Source: an uncultured archaeon (GTDB lineage Archaea; Thermoplasmatota; Poseidoniia; MGIII; CG-Epi1). From it: a stretch of 62,971 nt of DNA. The translations under genes and the position numbers were made by a program. The notes under the pieces are model-generated. The model searched no databases. It saw only the letters and a program-made list of their open reading frames with translations, and was not told the DNA's origin. The stretch covers positions 1 through 62,971 of the forward strand of contig CAZYZI010000001.1 in assembly GCA_964651915.1 (NCBI GenBank), in the 5' to 3' direction. Shown one piece after another: positions 43,715-51,916 of the stretch (position 1 is its first letter; the number at the start of each line of letters is the position of its first letter).

Positions 43715-44604
43715 TAAAGATTTATTTTTCCGCCAGACATTAATTGTTGTAATGCATCATCTGCTGCATTGTTTAATTTCTTTTCATCGTATAATTCTTT
43801 CTTAATATTCTTTCGATGATCTTTAACAACCTTCCAACGAGCTTGGCGTTCTTCACTAGCTGCTTTTCTATGAGTCTTTAATGTGTCAAGCATTTCCATA
43901 GCCTTTGTATGTTGATTATCTGCTTTCTTTCTATACTCAACGAATTCTTTGTGTTTTTTATCTGCTTCTGTAGATAAATGAGAAGCTTCTTTCATCAAAG
44001 AACTGACTTTTTTATATATTTTTTTGTTTAAACGTGCTAAATTTACAACTTCTTTATGCTCTTCATCTGCTTTAGAGAATTCAGTATCAATATCTTTGTC
44101 TAATTCTGATACCTCTGCCGTTAAATGTTCTTGAGTCACTAAAACTTCTTCTTGATCGTCTAAGCTTCTTCTCAAAATAGCCAATCTATCCATAAGTTCT
44201 CTTTCTTTAGCTATTGGCATTTCTGTTGTTTCTCTTCTTTTCTCTAAGTTAAGAATTTCTGAATGAAGTGCCTGAACTGTATCTTTTAATGATTTTTCGC
44301 CTTTCTTACCTTTCCTTTTTTGTTGTTTGAGCTCAATTAATTTTTTAGCTTTTTCTTGAGAGCTGTTCCGAGCATTCTGGTGCTTAGTCTTAGTAGTAGT
44401 ATTAGATTTCATCTCGTCACGATGCTTCATTATCTCTTCCATGACTTTGTTTCTTTGATCATGTAAAGAATTGCGTTCATCCCTTAATGCTCGGGCATCA
44501 TCATTTAGAGAATTACGTTTAACAATGCAATTCTGAAAGCGCTCTTCGGCCAATTTAATTTCTGATTTTGGCTTCCTCTGAGTTCGGTTCTTTTTCTGAC
44601 TCAT
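43714..44604 (-). CDS. Lys/Glu-rich coiled-coil protein (archaeal coiled-coil family, function unknown)
   Basis: 296 aa, almost entirely heptad-like charged sequence with no TM helix. Resembles the conserved uncharacterised archaeal coiled-coil proteins. Confidence 0.55.
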   Translation of the reverse strand: MSQKKNRTQRKPKSEIKLAEERFQNCIVKRNSLNDDARALRDERNSLHDQRNKVMEEIMKHRDEMKSNTTTKTKHQNARNSSQEKAKKLIELKQQKRKGKKGEKSLKDTVQALHSEILNLEKRRETTEMPIAKERELMDRLAILRRSLDDQEEVLVTQEHLTAEVSELDKDIDTEFSKADEEHKEVVNLARLNKKIYKKVSSLMKEASHLSTEADKKHKEFVEYRKKADNQHTKAMEMLDTLKTHRKAASEERQARWKVVKDHRKNIKKELYDEKKLNNAADDALQQLMSGGKINL

Positions 44605-44684
44605 TTTTGACTAATCCAACATGATTTCAACATATTGGAATAAGTCACGTTTAGACTTAAGATATAAAGCTGACGATTATCTGT

Positions 44685-45647
44685 TCAATAAGCAAAAGGG
44701 TTTAAAATTGCATATATCGATTCATCAACTGGACCTACTTCAAGTTGCATAGGTTCTCCTGTAAAATTTTCGACAACTTCCATATATCTGGCCGATGCCT
44801 CCACACGAAGTTCATCCGTCAATTTTGGCGGTTTACCATCACCTGTAAATCCTTTATCTGCAAGCCAAGTTCGAACATATTCTTTATCTAATTTTCTTGG
44901 TTCTTCTTTCTTTTCAAAGCGCTTTTCATAATCGTCAGCCATCCAATAACGACTTGAATCTGGTGTATTTACCTCATCCATCAGCATTATTTTACCATTA
45001 GATATTCCAAATTCATATTTAGTATCAACAAAAATTAAACCATGATCTGCAGCCCTAGAAACTCCTCTTTCATACAGCCGCATGGAAATACGTGCTAACT
45101 CTTTGTACAATGCAGGATCAACTACACCTCGCTTGTATAATTCAGAAGGAGCCACAGATTCATCATGATCTCCCTTGGCAGCTTTGGTAGAAGGTGTAAT
45201 AATTGGCTCAGGAAATTTTTCATTTTTACGCATGCCATCTGGCAATTCATTACCGCAAAATTCTCTATCACCCCTTTCATATGCTGTCCAAGCAGATGTT
45301 GATGTTACACCTGTAAGATATCCTCTAACTACCATTTCAACCTGTATTGGGTCACATCTTCTTACAGTCCAGACATTAGGATGAGGGCGCCTAATTACAT
45401 GATTAGCTACAATATCTGCAGTTTCTCCAAACCACCAATCTGCTAATTCAACTAAGGACTGTCCCTTGAATGGAACTGTTCCTAGGACTCTATCAAAAGC
45501 CGAAATTCTATCTGTTGTCACCATTGTTATGGTGTCTTCATTCAAATAATTATCTCGAACTTTTCCTCGATAAAGTTCACCTTGATCATCAAAATTAGTT
45601 TCCTCTAAAGTATATTCTAATTGCTGTTTTATCAAGTCGCGGTCCAT
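44685..45647 (-). CDS. purC: Phosphoribosylaminoimidazole-succinocarboxamide (SAICAR) synthase
   Basis: LYRGKVRDNY, TDRISAFD and FVDTKYEFG motifs. The track ORF extends to 45692, but those 15 extra residues (MGVVILVPSVVRILH) look non-native, so I start at the ATG at 45647. Confidence 0.88.
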   Translation of the reverse strand: MDRDLIKQQLEYTLEETNFDDQGELYRGKVRDNYLNEDTITMVTTDRISAFDRVLGTVPFKGQSLVELADWWFGETADIVANHVIRRPHPNVWTVRRCDPIQVEMVVRGYLTGVTSTSAWTAYERGDREFCGNELPDGMRKNEKFPEPIITPSTKAAKGDHDESVAPSELYKRGVVDPALYKELARISMRLYERGVSRAADHGLIFVDTKYEFGISNGKIMLMDEVNTPDSSRYWMADDYEKRFEKKEEPRKLDKEYVRTWLADKGFTGDGKPPKLTDELRVEASARYMEVVENFTGEPMQLEVGPVDESIYAILNPFAY

Positions 45648-45706
45648 GTGTAATATCCTCACTACGGAAGGGACTAAAATAACCACTCCCATGTCATTTC
45701 GTCCTT

Positions 45707-46336
45707 ATGCTTAGTAAAACCCTAAAAACTGCTGCTGGGAAACTCTTGAATCCATTAGGAAAAGGTCTTGGGAAAATAGGCATCAAACCAAATCATATTA
45801 CTGTAATGGGACTTGTTTTGACATTTTACGCTGCATGGCTCCTTTACAATCAAAATATTTACGAAGCTTTTGCTATTGGATTAATTGCTTCTTTATTCGA
45901 TGGAGCTGATGGTTTGGTTGCTAGGGCAACAAAAACCACTTCGATAAGAGGCGGATATCTAGATGCTACATTAGACCGATATGCTGATTGTTTCGCATTT
46001 AGTGCGCTGATTCTATGTAATTGGGTAAAGCCACTACCAATTGTACCATTGGAATTTATTTCAGGACAAGTCTGGGCAATGGCTGCTATGATTGGGGCTT
46101 TTCAAACATCTTACTGTCGAGCCGCTGCTGAAAGATTAGGAGTTTCACAAGAAGGAATTGGATTCATTGAAAGGCCCGAAAGATGGTTTGTATTAGGTAT
46201 GGGGGTATTAGTTGGAGAAATGATGGGAGATATTGAAACCGTTATCACAATAGTTGTAGCTATTTTAGCAGTTTTAGGAAATTTGACCGCTTTGCAAAGA
46301 ATGTATCATTTCTGGAATGAGGCAAAAGATGACTGA
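45707..46336 (+). CDS. CDP-alcohol phosphatidyltransferase (second copy; archaetidylglycerophosphate/inositolphosphate synthase-like)
   Basis: DGADGLVARATKTTSIRGGYLDATLDRYAD matches D-G-x2-A-R-x8-G-x3-D-x3-D. Followed directly by pgpA. Confidence 0.7.
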   Translation: MLSKTLKTAAGKLLNPLGKGLGKIGIKPNHITVMGLVLTFYAAWLLYNQNIYEAFAIGLIASLFDGADGLVARATKTTSIRGGYLDATLDRYADCFAFSALILCNWVKPLPIVPLEFISGQVWAMAAMIGAFQTSYCRAAAERLGVSQEGIGFIERPERWFVLGMGVLVGEMMGDIETVITIVVAILAVLGNLTALQRMYHFWNEAKDD

Positions 46337-46817
46337 ATCGAATAATTTGATGAAAGAAGCTTTTATTTCTTTTTTCTTTCTTGGAAAAGCCCCTATAGCT
46401 CCAGGTACATTTGGATCTCTTGGATCCTTAATTTTAGCTTATTTTATTATCGAGAATGTTAGTGAATTTTCAGGTTATCTGATATTGGGGCTGGGGGCTG
46501 TAATGTACTATATTGGATTACAAATCGCCCCATGGTGCGAAAAAAAATATGGTAAAGATCCGGGAGTTTATGTAATGGATGAAGTTATAGGGTACCTAAT
46601 TCCAATAGGATTCTTACTTATTTTGGGAATAAAAATTACTACTAATATCTGGATTTGCTCTTTTATCGCTTTTAGAATATTTGATGTTCTAAAAATATGG
46701 CCTGCGAAGAATTTAGAAAATATAGAAGGCGGACATGGAATACTTTTAGATGATGTTGCGGCAGGATTTCAAACATTGATTCTAATTTTACTTTTTTACC
46801 AATTCAATATAATCTAA
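46317..46817 (+). CDS. pgpA: Phosphatidylglycerophosphatase A
   Basis: GTFGSLGS, MDEVIGY, KIWPA and LDDVAAG motifs of PgpA. Internal Met starts at 46329/46350 would shorten the overlap. Confidence 0.8.
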   Translation: MRQKMTESNNLMKEAFISFFFLGKAPIAPGTFGSLGSLILAYFIIENVSEFSGYLILGLGAVMYYIGLQIAPWCEKKYGKDPGVYVMDEVIGYLIPIGFLLILGIKITTNIWICSFIAFRIFDVLKIWPAKNLENIEGGHGILLDDVAAGFQTLILILLFYQFNII

Positions 46818-46873
46818 ATATATTTTAGCCGTTTAATTTTTATCCCGCTTGCAATCTGTAACATCAGAGTTTT

Positions 46874-47119
46874 ATGTCTACAGAAATCGAAATTAGAATC
46901 GGTCTAAAATCTGGAATGGCTGACCCTGAGGGCGCTAATGTTCAAAAAGCATTAAGCCTTCTTGGTTTTGAAAATGTAAATGCTGTAAAATCTGCCAAAT
47001 GCTATAGGGTGGTTATAGAAGGTAATCAAAATACTGCACTTGCTGAAGCTGAAAAAATGTGCCAACGATTATTAGCAAATCCTGTTGTGCATGATTATTC
47101 AATATCGGTGGCTGATTAA
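46874..47119 (+). CDS. purS: FGAM synthase subunit PurS
   Basis: 81 aa with the GMADPEG motif, directly upstream of and overlapping purL (TAATG). Confidence 0.85.
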   Translation: MSTEIEIRIGLKSGMADPEGANVQKALSLLGFENVNAVKSAKCYRVVIEGNQNTALAEAEKMCQRLLANPVVHDYSISVAD

Positions 47120-49410
47120 TGCTGGAACCTTTACCCAATGCCAAAAATGTCTTTTATGTCGATTTAAAAGAAGATTTAGCTGAAATTGCTAGCAACTTGG
47201 GTCTAGGATTATTGCCTGATGAAATGGAAAAAGTAAAAAATTACTTTGAAAAAGAAAACAGAAAACCAACTGATGTTGAACTTCAAGCTATAGATCAAGC
47301 TTGGTCTGAACACTGTTGTTATAAATCTTCAAAACCTGTTTTAGAGGAAACTGTTTTCGGGCTTAATTCAAGTAAAAAAGTAATTGCAAGAGAAGATGCT
47401 GGAATAATGGAATTTGATGAACACCATTATTACGCAGTTGGATTAGAATCGCATAATCATCCCTCTGCACTAGATCCCTATGGGGGTTCTGCAACTGGAA
47501 TTGGCGGAATTCTAAGAGACGTCGTCTGTATGGGGGCTCAGCCGATTGCACTAATCGATCCTTTATTCTTTGGAAATCTAGATACACCTCGAGATACTTT
47601 AGCTGAAGGTATAAAACATCCAAGATATTTGATGGGGGGAGTTGTCGCAGGCATACGTGATTATGGAAATAGAGTGGGAATACCTACTGTTGCAGGACAA
47701 GTGGCGTTCCACCCAAAATACACTGGAAATCCACTGGTAAATGTTGGGTGTGTGGGTATTGTTGAAAAAGAATTAATGATTCATAGTAAAGCTGGTGATG
47801 TTGGTGACATTTACATTCTAGCCGGAGGGCGAACAGGCAGAGATGGAATTCATGGGGTAACTTTTGCATCAAGAGATTTGGATGCAGGAGCCGATGAAGA
47901 CCTTGGAGCTGTACAATTAGGAGACCCAATAACTAAAGAACCTCTAATGCATTTATGTTTAGAATTAAATGAGATGGGCTTACTAACTGGAATGAAAGAC
48001 CTAGGGGGTGGGGGACTTTCATGTGTTGTCGGAGAACTTGCATTAGATGGTGGATTTGGAGCTAAAGTTAATCTTGAAAAAGTGCATCTTAAAGTCGATA
48101 ATATGCCGCCTTGGGAAATTTGGGTTTCCGAATCCCAAGAAAGAATGATGTTCACTGTAACTCCTGAAAATGTGGACAAAGTCCTTGATAGGTGTAAAGC
48201 TTGGGATGTTGAGGCTGTAACTGTTGGTGAAGTAATCTCTGAAAAACGAAATATTGTAAATTATAACGGAATTGAAATTTTAAACTTGGATCTAGATTTT
48301 ACAACGGGTGGACCTGTCTATAAAAGACCCTATAATTTACCGGAATATAATATTGGGGAGGCTGCACCTTTACCGAAATATCCTGATGACATTAACAACC
48401 AAATTATTAATATAATTAGTCAACCAGAAGTAGCCTCAAAAGATTGGGTAATCAGGCAATATGATCACGAAGTTAGAGGAAAAACCGTTCTAAAACCAAT
48501 ACAAGGACCTATTGGAAAAGAAGTGCCCGGAGATTCTTCTGTAATAAAACCTGTAGAAAATTCATGGAAAGGATTAGCGCTGACTTCTGATGTAAATCCA
48601 TACCTTATGGAAGCAAATCCATATCATGGTACAATGAGTGCCGTTGAAGAGGTTTGTAGAAATTTAGCCTCAGTAGGTGCTAGAATTGATTCTCTTGCTG
48701 ATTGTTTATGCTTTGGTAATCCTCGTAGACCTGATATTATGGGTCAATTCAAAGCAAGCTGCGAAGCACTTAGAGATGCTGCAATTTCTGTAGATGTTCC
48801 CTATGTATCTGGTAATGTTAGCCTATACAATGAGACTGCAGACGGAGCAATTCCTCCGACTCCAGTGTTAATGGGTATTGGATTAGTAAAAGATATTCGG
48901 AAATGTGTAACTAGTGATATGAAAAATGAAGGAACTATCTGGATTGTTGGAAAAACAAAAAATGAAATGGGAGCAAGTTTGTACTATAGAACCTTGGGGT
49001 TGGAATGCTCAAAAGTACCAACAACTAATTTTCAAACATTTATGCCTAGGATGGAACAACTAATTCAAGCAATTGAAAACGAGGAAGTTCTTGCGTGCCA
49101 TGATATTTCAAATGGCGGATTAGCACTATCAATTATTGAAATGTGCATGAGTGGAGTAGGTGCTGAAATAAATTTGAACAGCGATTTAAGAGCTGATATT
49201 GAATTATTTAGTGAGTCAAATGGCAGATGGGTTGTACAGGTTGCACCTGGATTCGAATCAAAATTTAAAAGGAGATTTGACTTTGCTGAGAAAATTGGAG
49301 ATGTGAAGGATAAAATAATATTTAATAAAAATGGTGATCAAATAGCAAACTTACAAATTGATAAAGTCCGAAAAGAATGGACAAATCCCATTTGGGAAAG
49401 ATTGGCTTAA
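47119..49410 (+). CDS. purL: Phosphoribosylformylglycinamidine synthase II
   Basis: SHNHPSALDPYGGSATGIGGILRD, the duplicated AIR-synthase-like halves and overall length match PurL. Confidence 0.93.
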   Translation: MLEPLPNAKNVFYVDLKEDLAEIASNLGLGLLPDEMEKVKNYFEKENRKPTDVELQAIDQAWSEHCCYKSSKPVLEETVFGLNSSKKVIAREDAGIMEFDEHHYYAVGLESHNHPSALDPYGGSATGIGGILRDVVCMGAQPIALIDPLFFGNLDTPRDTLAEGIKHPRYLMGGVVAGIRDYGNRVGIPTVAGQVAFHPKYTGNPLVNVGCVGIVEKELMIHSKAGDVGDIYILAGGRTGRDGIHGVTFASRDLDAGADEDLGAVQLGDPITKEPLMHLCLELNEMGLLTGMKDLGGGGLSCVVGELALDGGFGAKVNLEKVHLKVDNMPPWEIWVSESQERMMFTVTPENVDKVLDRCKAWDVEAVTVGEVISEKRNIVNYNGIEILNLDLDFTTGGPVYKRPYNLPEYNIGEAAPLPKYPDDINNQIINIISQPEVASKDWVIRQYDHEVRGKTVLKPIQGPIGKEVPGDSSVIKPVENSWKGLALTSDVNPYLMEANPYHGTMSAVEEVCRNLASVGARIDSLADCLCFGNPRRPDIMGQFKASCEALRDAAISVDVPYVSGNVSLYNETADGAIPPTPVLMGIGLVKDIRKCVTSDMKNEGTIWIVGKTKNEMGASLYYRTLGLECSKVPTTNFQTFMPRMEQLIQAIENEEVLACHDISNGGLALSIIEMCMSGVGAEINLNSDLRADIELFSESNGRWVVQVAPGFESKFKRRFDFAEKIGDVKDKIIFNKNGDQIANLQIDKVRKEWTNPIWERLA

Positions 49411-49441
49411 GCTTTTATCAGGGCCCTAAATATTTGAATAT

Positions 49442-50899
49442 ATGGCCGCCAATATAACTACAAATGCTACTGCAGGATATGTTGCCGACACCGGTTCAAT
49501 AGAATCAATTTTAATTCTACTCATTTTCCTTATAGCATTTGCTTTAATTTTAGGTGAAGTTGTTGATCGTGTACTAGCTGCTTGGGGTGGGGCTGTAGGA
49601 ATGCTCCTAGTTGGAACATATTACAATTCTCTTACTTGGTGTACTGGAGGTGGACATGGAGGAGAAAGTGGAGGGTGTGAAAATAACTTATTCGAAGCAA
49701 TCGATTTCAATGTAATTGGACTCCTTTTAGGAATGATGGTTTTTGCAGGAATGCTAGAAATCAGTGGATTTTTCGAATTTGTAGCTATCAAAGCCACAAA
49801 ACTATCGAAAGGAGATCCTTGGATGTTAGTTGTTTATCTTGGAACTTTTACAACTATTATTTCTGTATTTATTGACAATGTGACTGCATTGATTCTAATT
49901 GCTCCTGTTACATTAAAAATATGCTCAAAAATAAAAATTAGTCCAATACCTCCGCTTATTGCTTTGGCCATTTTCTCAAACACAGGAGGTGTCGCTACTT
50001 TGGTAGGAGATCCACCAAATGTTTTGATTGCTTCTTATACCAATGAAAGAGGTTTAGGATTTAGTTTTCTCAGCTTTATTGAACATCTAACTCCTCTAGC
50101 AATAATTGCATGGGCTTGTACACTGGGTTATATGTGGTACCATTACAAAGAATGGAGAGAAGTAAAACCTCAACATGTAGAAGACATATTGGAAGAAGAT
50201 GAATGGACTGCTGTCAACAATGATGTTTTAATGTACCGAACTTTGGGTGCATTAGCTGTAACTGTCGTAATGTTTGCAGCTGTCGAACTTATACATTTAG
50301 ATTTAGAAATTTCTGCAGTATCATTAGGAGGTGCAGGTATTGCAATGAGCATTAGTATGATGGGTGTACCAAAAGAAAAACAATTGGATATTCATGAGGT
50401 CGTACACAAAGTTGAATGGGGGGCATTAATATTCTTTGCCGGACTTTTTGTTATGGTCGGTGGTTTAGAGGCTATGGGATATTTAGAAGCTGTAGCAGAC
50501 TGGATATTCGCGAATTTTGGTCCTGATGGAAATATATCAAGCGATGAAGTTGTATTAGTTATTGTTCTAATTTGGGTTTCTGCTATTGCGTCTGCAATTG
50601 TAGACAATATACCCTTTTGTGCTGCAATGCTACCTGTAATCAATCAACTAGGCGAATTAAGCGAAGAAGTAAATGTTATTCCATTATACTGGGCTCTAGC
50701 AATTGGTTGTGGTTTTGGTGGAAATGCTACACCAATTGGTTCCAGTGCAAATGTTATGACTATCGCAATTAGTGAAAGAGGCGGACACAAGATTTCTACA
50801 AAAGAATGGCTAAGTGTCGGCGTTCCTGTAATGATTATTACCTGTACTATCGGATCAATAGTAGTAGCATTATTCTACGGACATTTCACAACTGCCTAA
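49442..50899 (+). CDS. ArsB/NhaD-superfamily (CitMHS/YbiR-like) anion or ion permease
   Basis: 485 aa, about 12 TM helices. FIDNVTALILIAPV and VDNIPFCAAMLPV are duplicated hairpin-helix motifs of the ArsB/NhaD permease superfamily. Confidence 0.7.
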   Translation: MAANITTNATAGYVADTGSIESILILLIFLIAFALILGEVVDRVLAAWGGAVGMLLVGTYYNSLTWCTGGGHGGESGGCENNLFEAIDFNVIGLLLGMMVFAGMLEISGFFEFVAIKATKLSKGDPWMLVVYLGTFTTIISVFIDNVTALILIAPVTLKICSKIKISPIPPLIALAIFSNTGGVATLVGDPPNVLIASYTNERGLGFSFLSFIEHLTPLAIIAWACTLGYMWYHYKEWREVKPQHVEDILEEDEWTAVNNDVLMYRTLGALAVTVVMFAAVELIHLDLEISAVSLGGAGIAMSISMMGVPKEKQLDIHEVVHKVEWGALIFFAGLFVMVGGLEAMGYLEAVADWIFANFGPDGNISSDEVVLVIVLIWVSAIASAIVDNIPFCAAMLPVINQLGELSEEVNVIPLYWALAIGCGFGGNATPIGSSANVMTIAISERGGHKISTKEWLSVGVPVMIITCTIGSIVVALFYGHFTTA

Positions 50900-51813
50900 T
50901 TCGAATAATCTTTGCCACAATCTAAGCATTCGGCTTCAGACGTCAAACTAATATTGCAATCAGGACACTTTTGAAGTTCCCAGAATTTTTCAACCCAGGC
51001 GTCTACTAATTCAGGTTCATCAGCTTCCTTTGCCATTTCTAATTCGTGGCCACCTACTTTGCTCTTTTCAAAGAATTTTGTTAATGATGATATATCAAAA
51101 GCAATTCTAGACTCGGATTCTTCAATTTTTGCAGAATAGTAAGGAGCTAAGAAAACTCCTGCAATAAAAGAGGCCATGTGTGTTCCATGTCCAATACCGT
51201 CATTTGGATCTAAACCTACATACAATGTTTCCATACCAACAAAAACTAATGTAGATAGAAAGACTGGAACTCTGTGCATGAATATAGGCCCTAAAAGCAT
51301 TGGAATCTCCAGTCTAGGGTATAACAGTACAAAACTACCCATTATACCAAAAACAGCCCCTGAAGCGCCAATATGGATAGTCTCTAGGCCATCTTCATTC
51401 CATATTGATATCAATCCAGTTAGCAATGAACCGATAATTCCACTTATTATGTAAATTCTTAGAAATGAACTAGAACCAATTCTATCTTCAAAAGGTACTC
51501 CTAACAATATCAGGATTAACATATTCATTAGCAAATGCATAGGCCCTCCATGCATGAACATTGCACTAATCAAAGTCAGTAACTCAAAACTTGGCGTTTC
51601 AATATATCCTGGCTGGAATCCTAAGGCCATAACCGCTTGAATCGCCATACTAGGCTTAAGCAGAAACATAATCCACCATGTGGCAAATACACTAAAGTTG
51701 ATGAATACCAACGACTGTGAGACCATGAAACCATTCTGTCTACAGTAATAGACAACCAGGATTCCAACTAATATCAGAATCAAAGTTCCTAATGAAGACG
51801 CAGGTTCAGACAT
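50896..51813 (-). CDS. Rhomboid-family intramembrane serine protease with C-terminal cytoplasmic extension ending in a zinc-ribbon
   Basis: HGGPMHLLMNM (TM2), GASGAVFG (catalytic Ser, TM4) and a His-containing helix GHGTHMASF. The C-terminus has CPDC-x12-CLDC. Confidence 0.85.
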   Translation of the reverse strand: MSEPASSLGTLILILVGILVVYYCRQNGFMVSQSLVFINFSVFATWWIMFLLKPSMAIQAVMALGFQPGYIETPSFELLTLISAMFMHGGPMHLLMNMLILILLGVPFEDRIGSSSFLRIYIISGIIGSLLTGLISIWNEDGLETIHIGASGAVFGIMGSFVLLYPRLEIPMLLGPIFMHRVPVFLSTLVFVGMETLYVGLDPNDGIGHGTHMASFIAGVFLAPYYSAKIEESESRIAFDISSLTKFFEKSKVGGHELEMAKEADEPELVDAWVEKFWELQKCPDCNISLTSEAECLDCGKDYSN

Positions 51814-51872
51814 ACTGCTGACTGGTAGCTTATCGAATTAAAGCTGACGCTGATAATTGACATGATCGGATA

Positions 51873-51894
51873 GGAGAAGGCGAATGCCTTCTCC
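51873..51894 (-). terminator. Terminator-like hairpin GGAGAAGGC-gaat-GCCTTCTCC after the 2379-aa gene
   Basis: Perfect 9-bp GC-rich stem with a 4-nt loop, 23-44 nt downstream of the stop at 51917-51919 and upstream of the rhomboid gene start. Confidence 0.4.
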
Positions 51895-51916
51895 CTCCTT
51901 CATTGACTTATTTCGT

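Noticed and set aside
45648-45692. A 15-codon N-terminal extension of purC (MGVVILVPSVVRILH) as given by the ORF track.
   Set aside because: SAICAR synthases do not carry a hydrophobic leader. The in-frame ATG at 45647 gives a normal N-terminus (MDRDLIKQQLE...) and leaves room for a promoter shared with the divergent gene at 45707.
47363-48179. Three 81-109-aa minus-strand ORFs inside purL, and similar ORFs inside the permease gene (50170..50772).
   Set aside because: They are antisense to genes with unambiguous family motifs and have no independent support.
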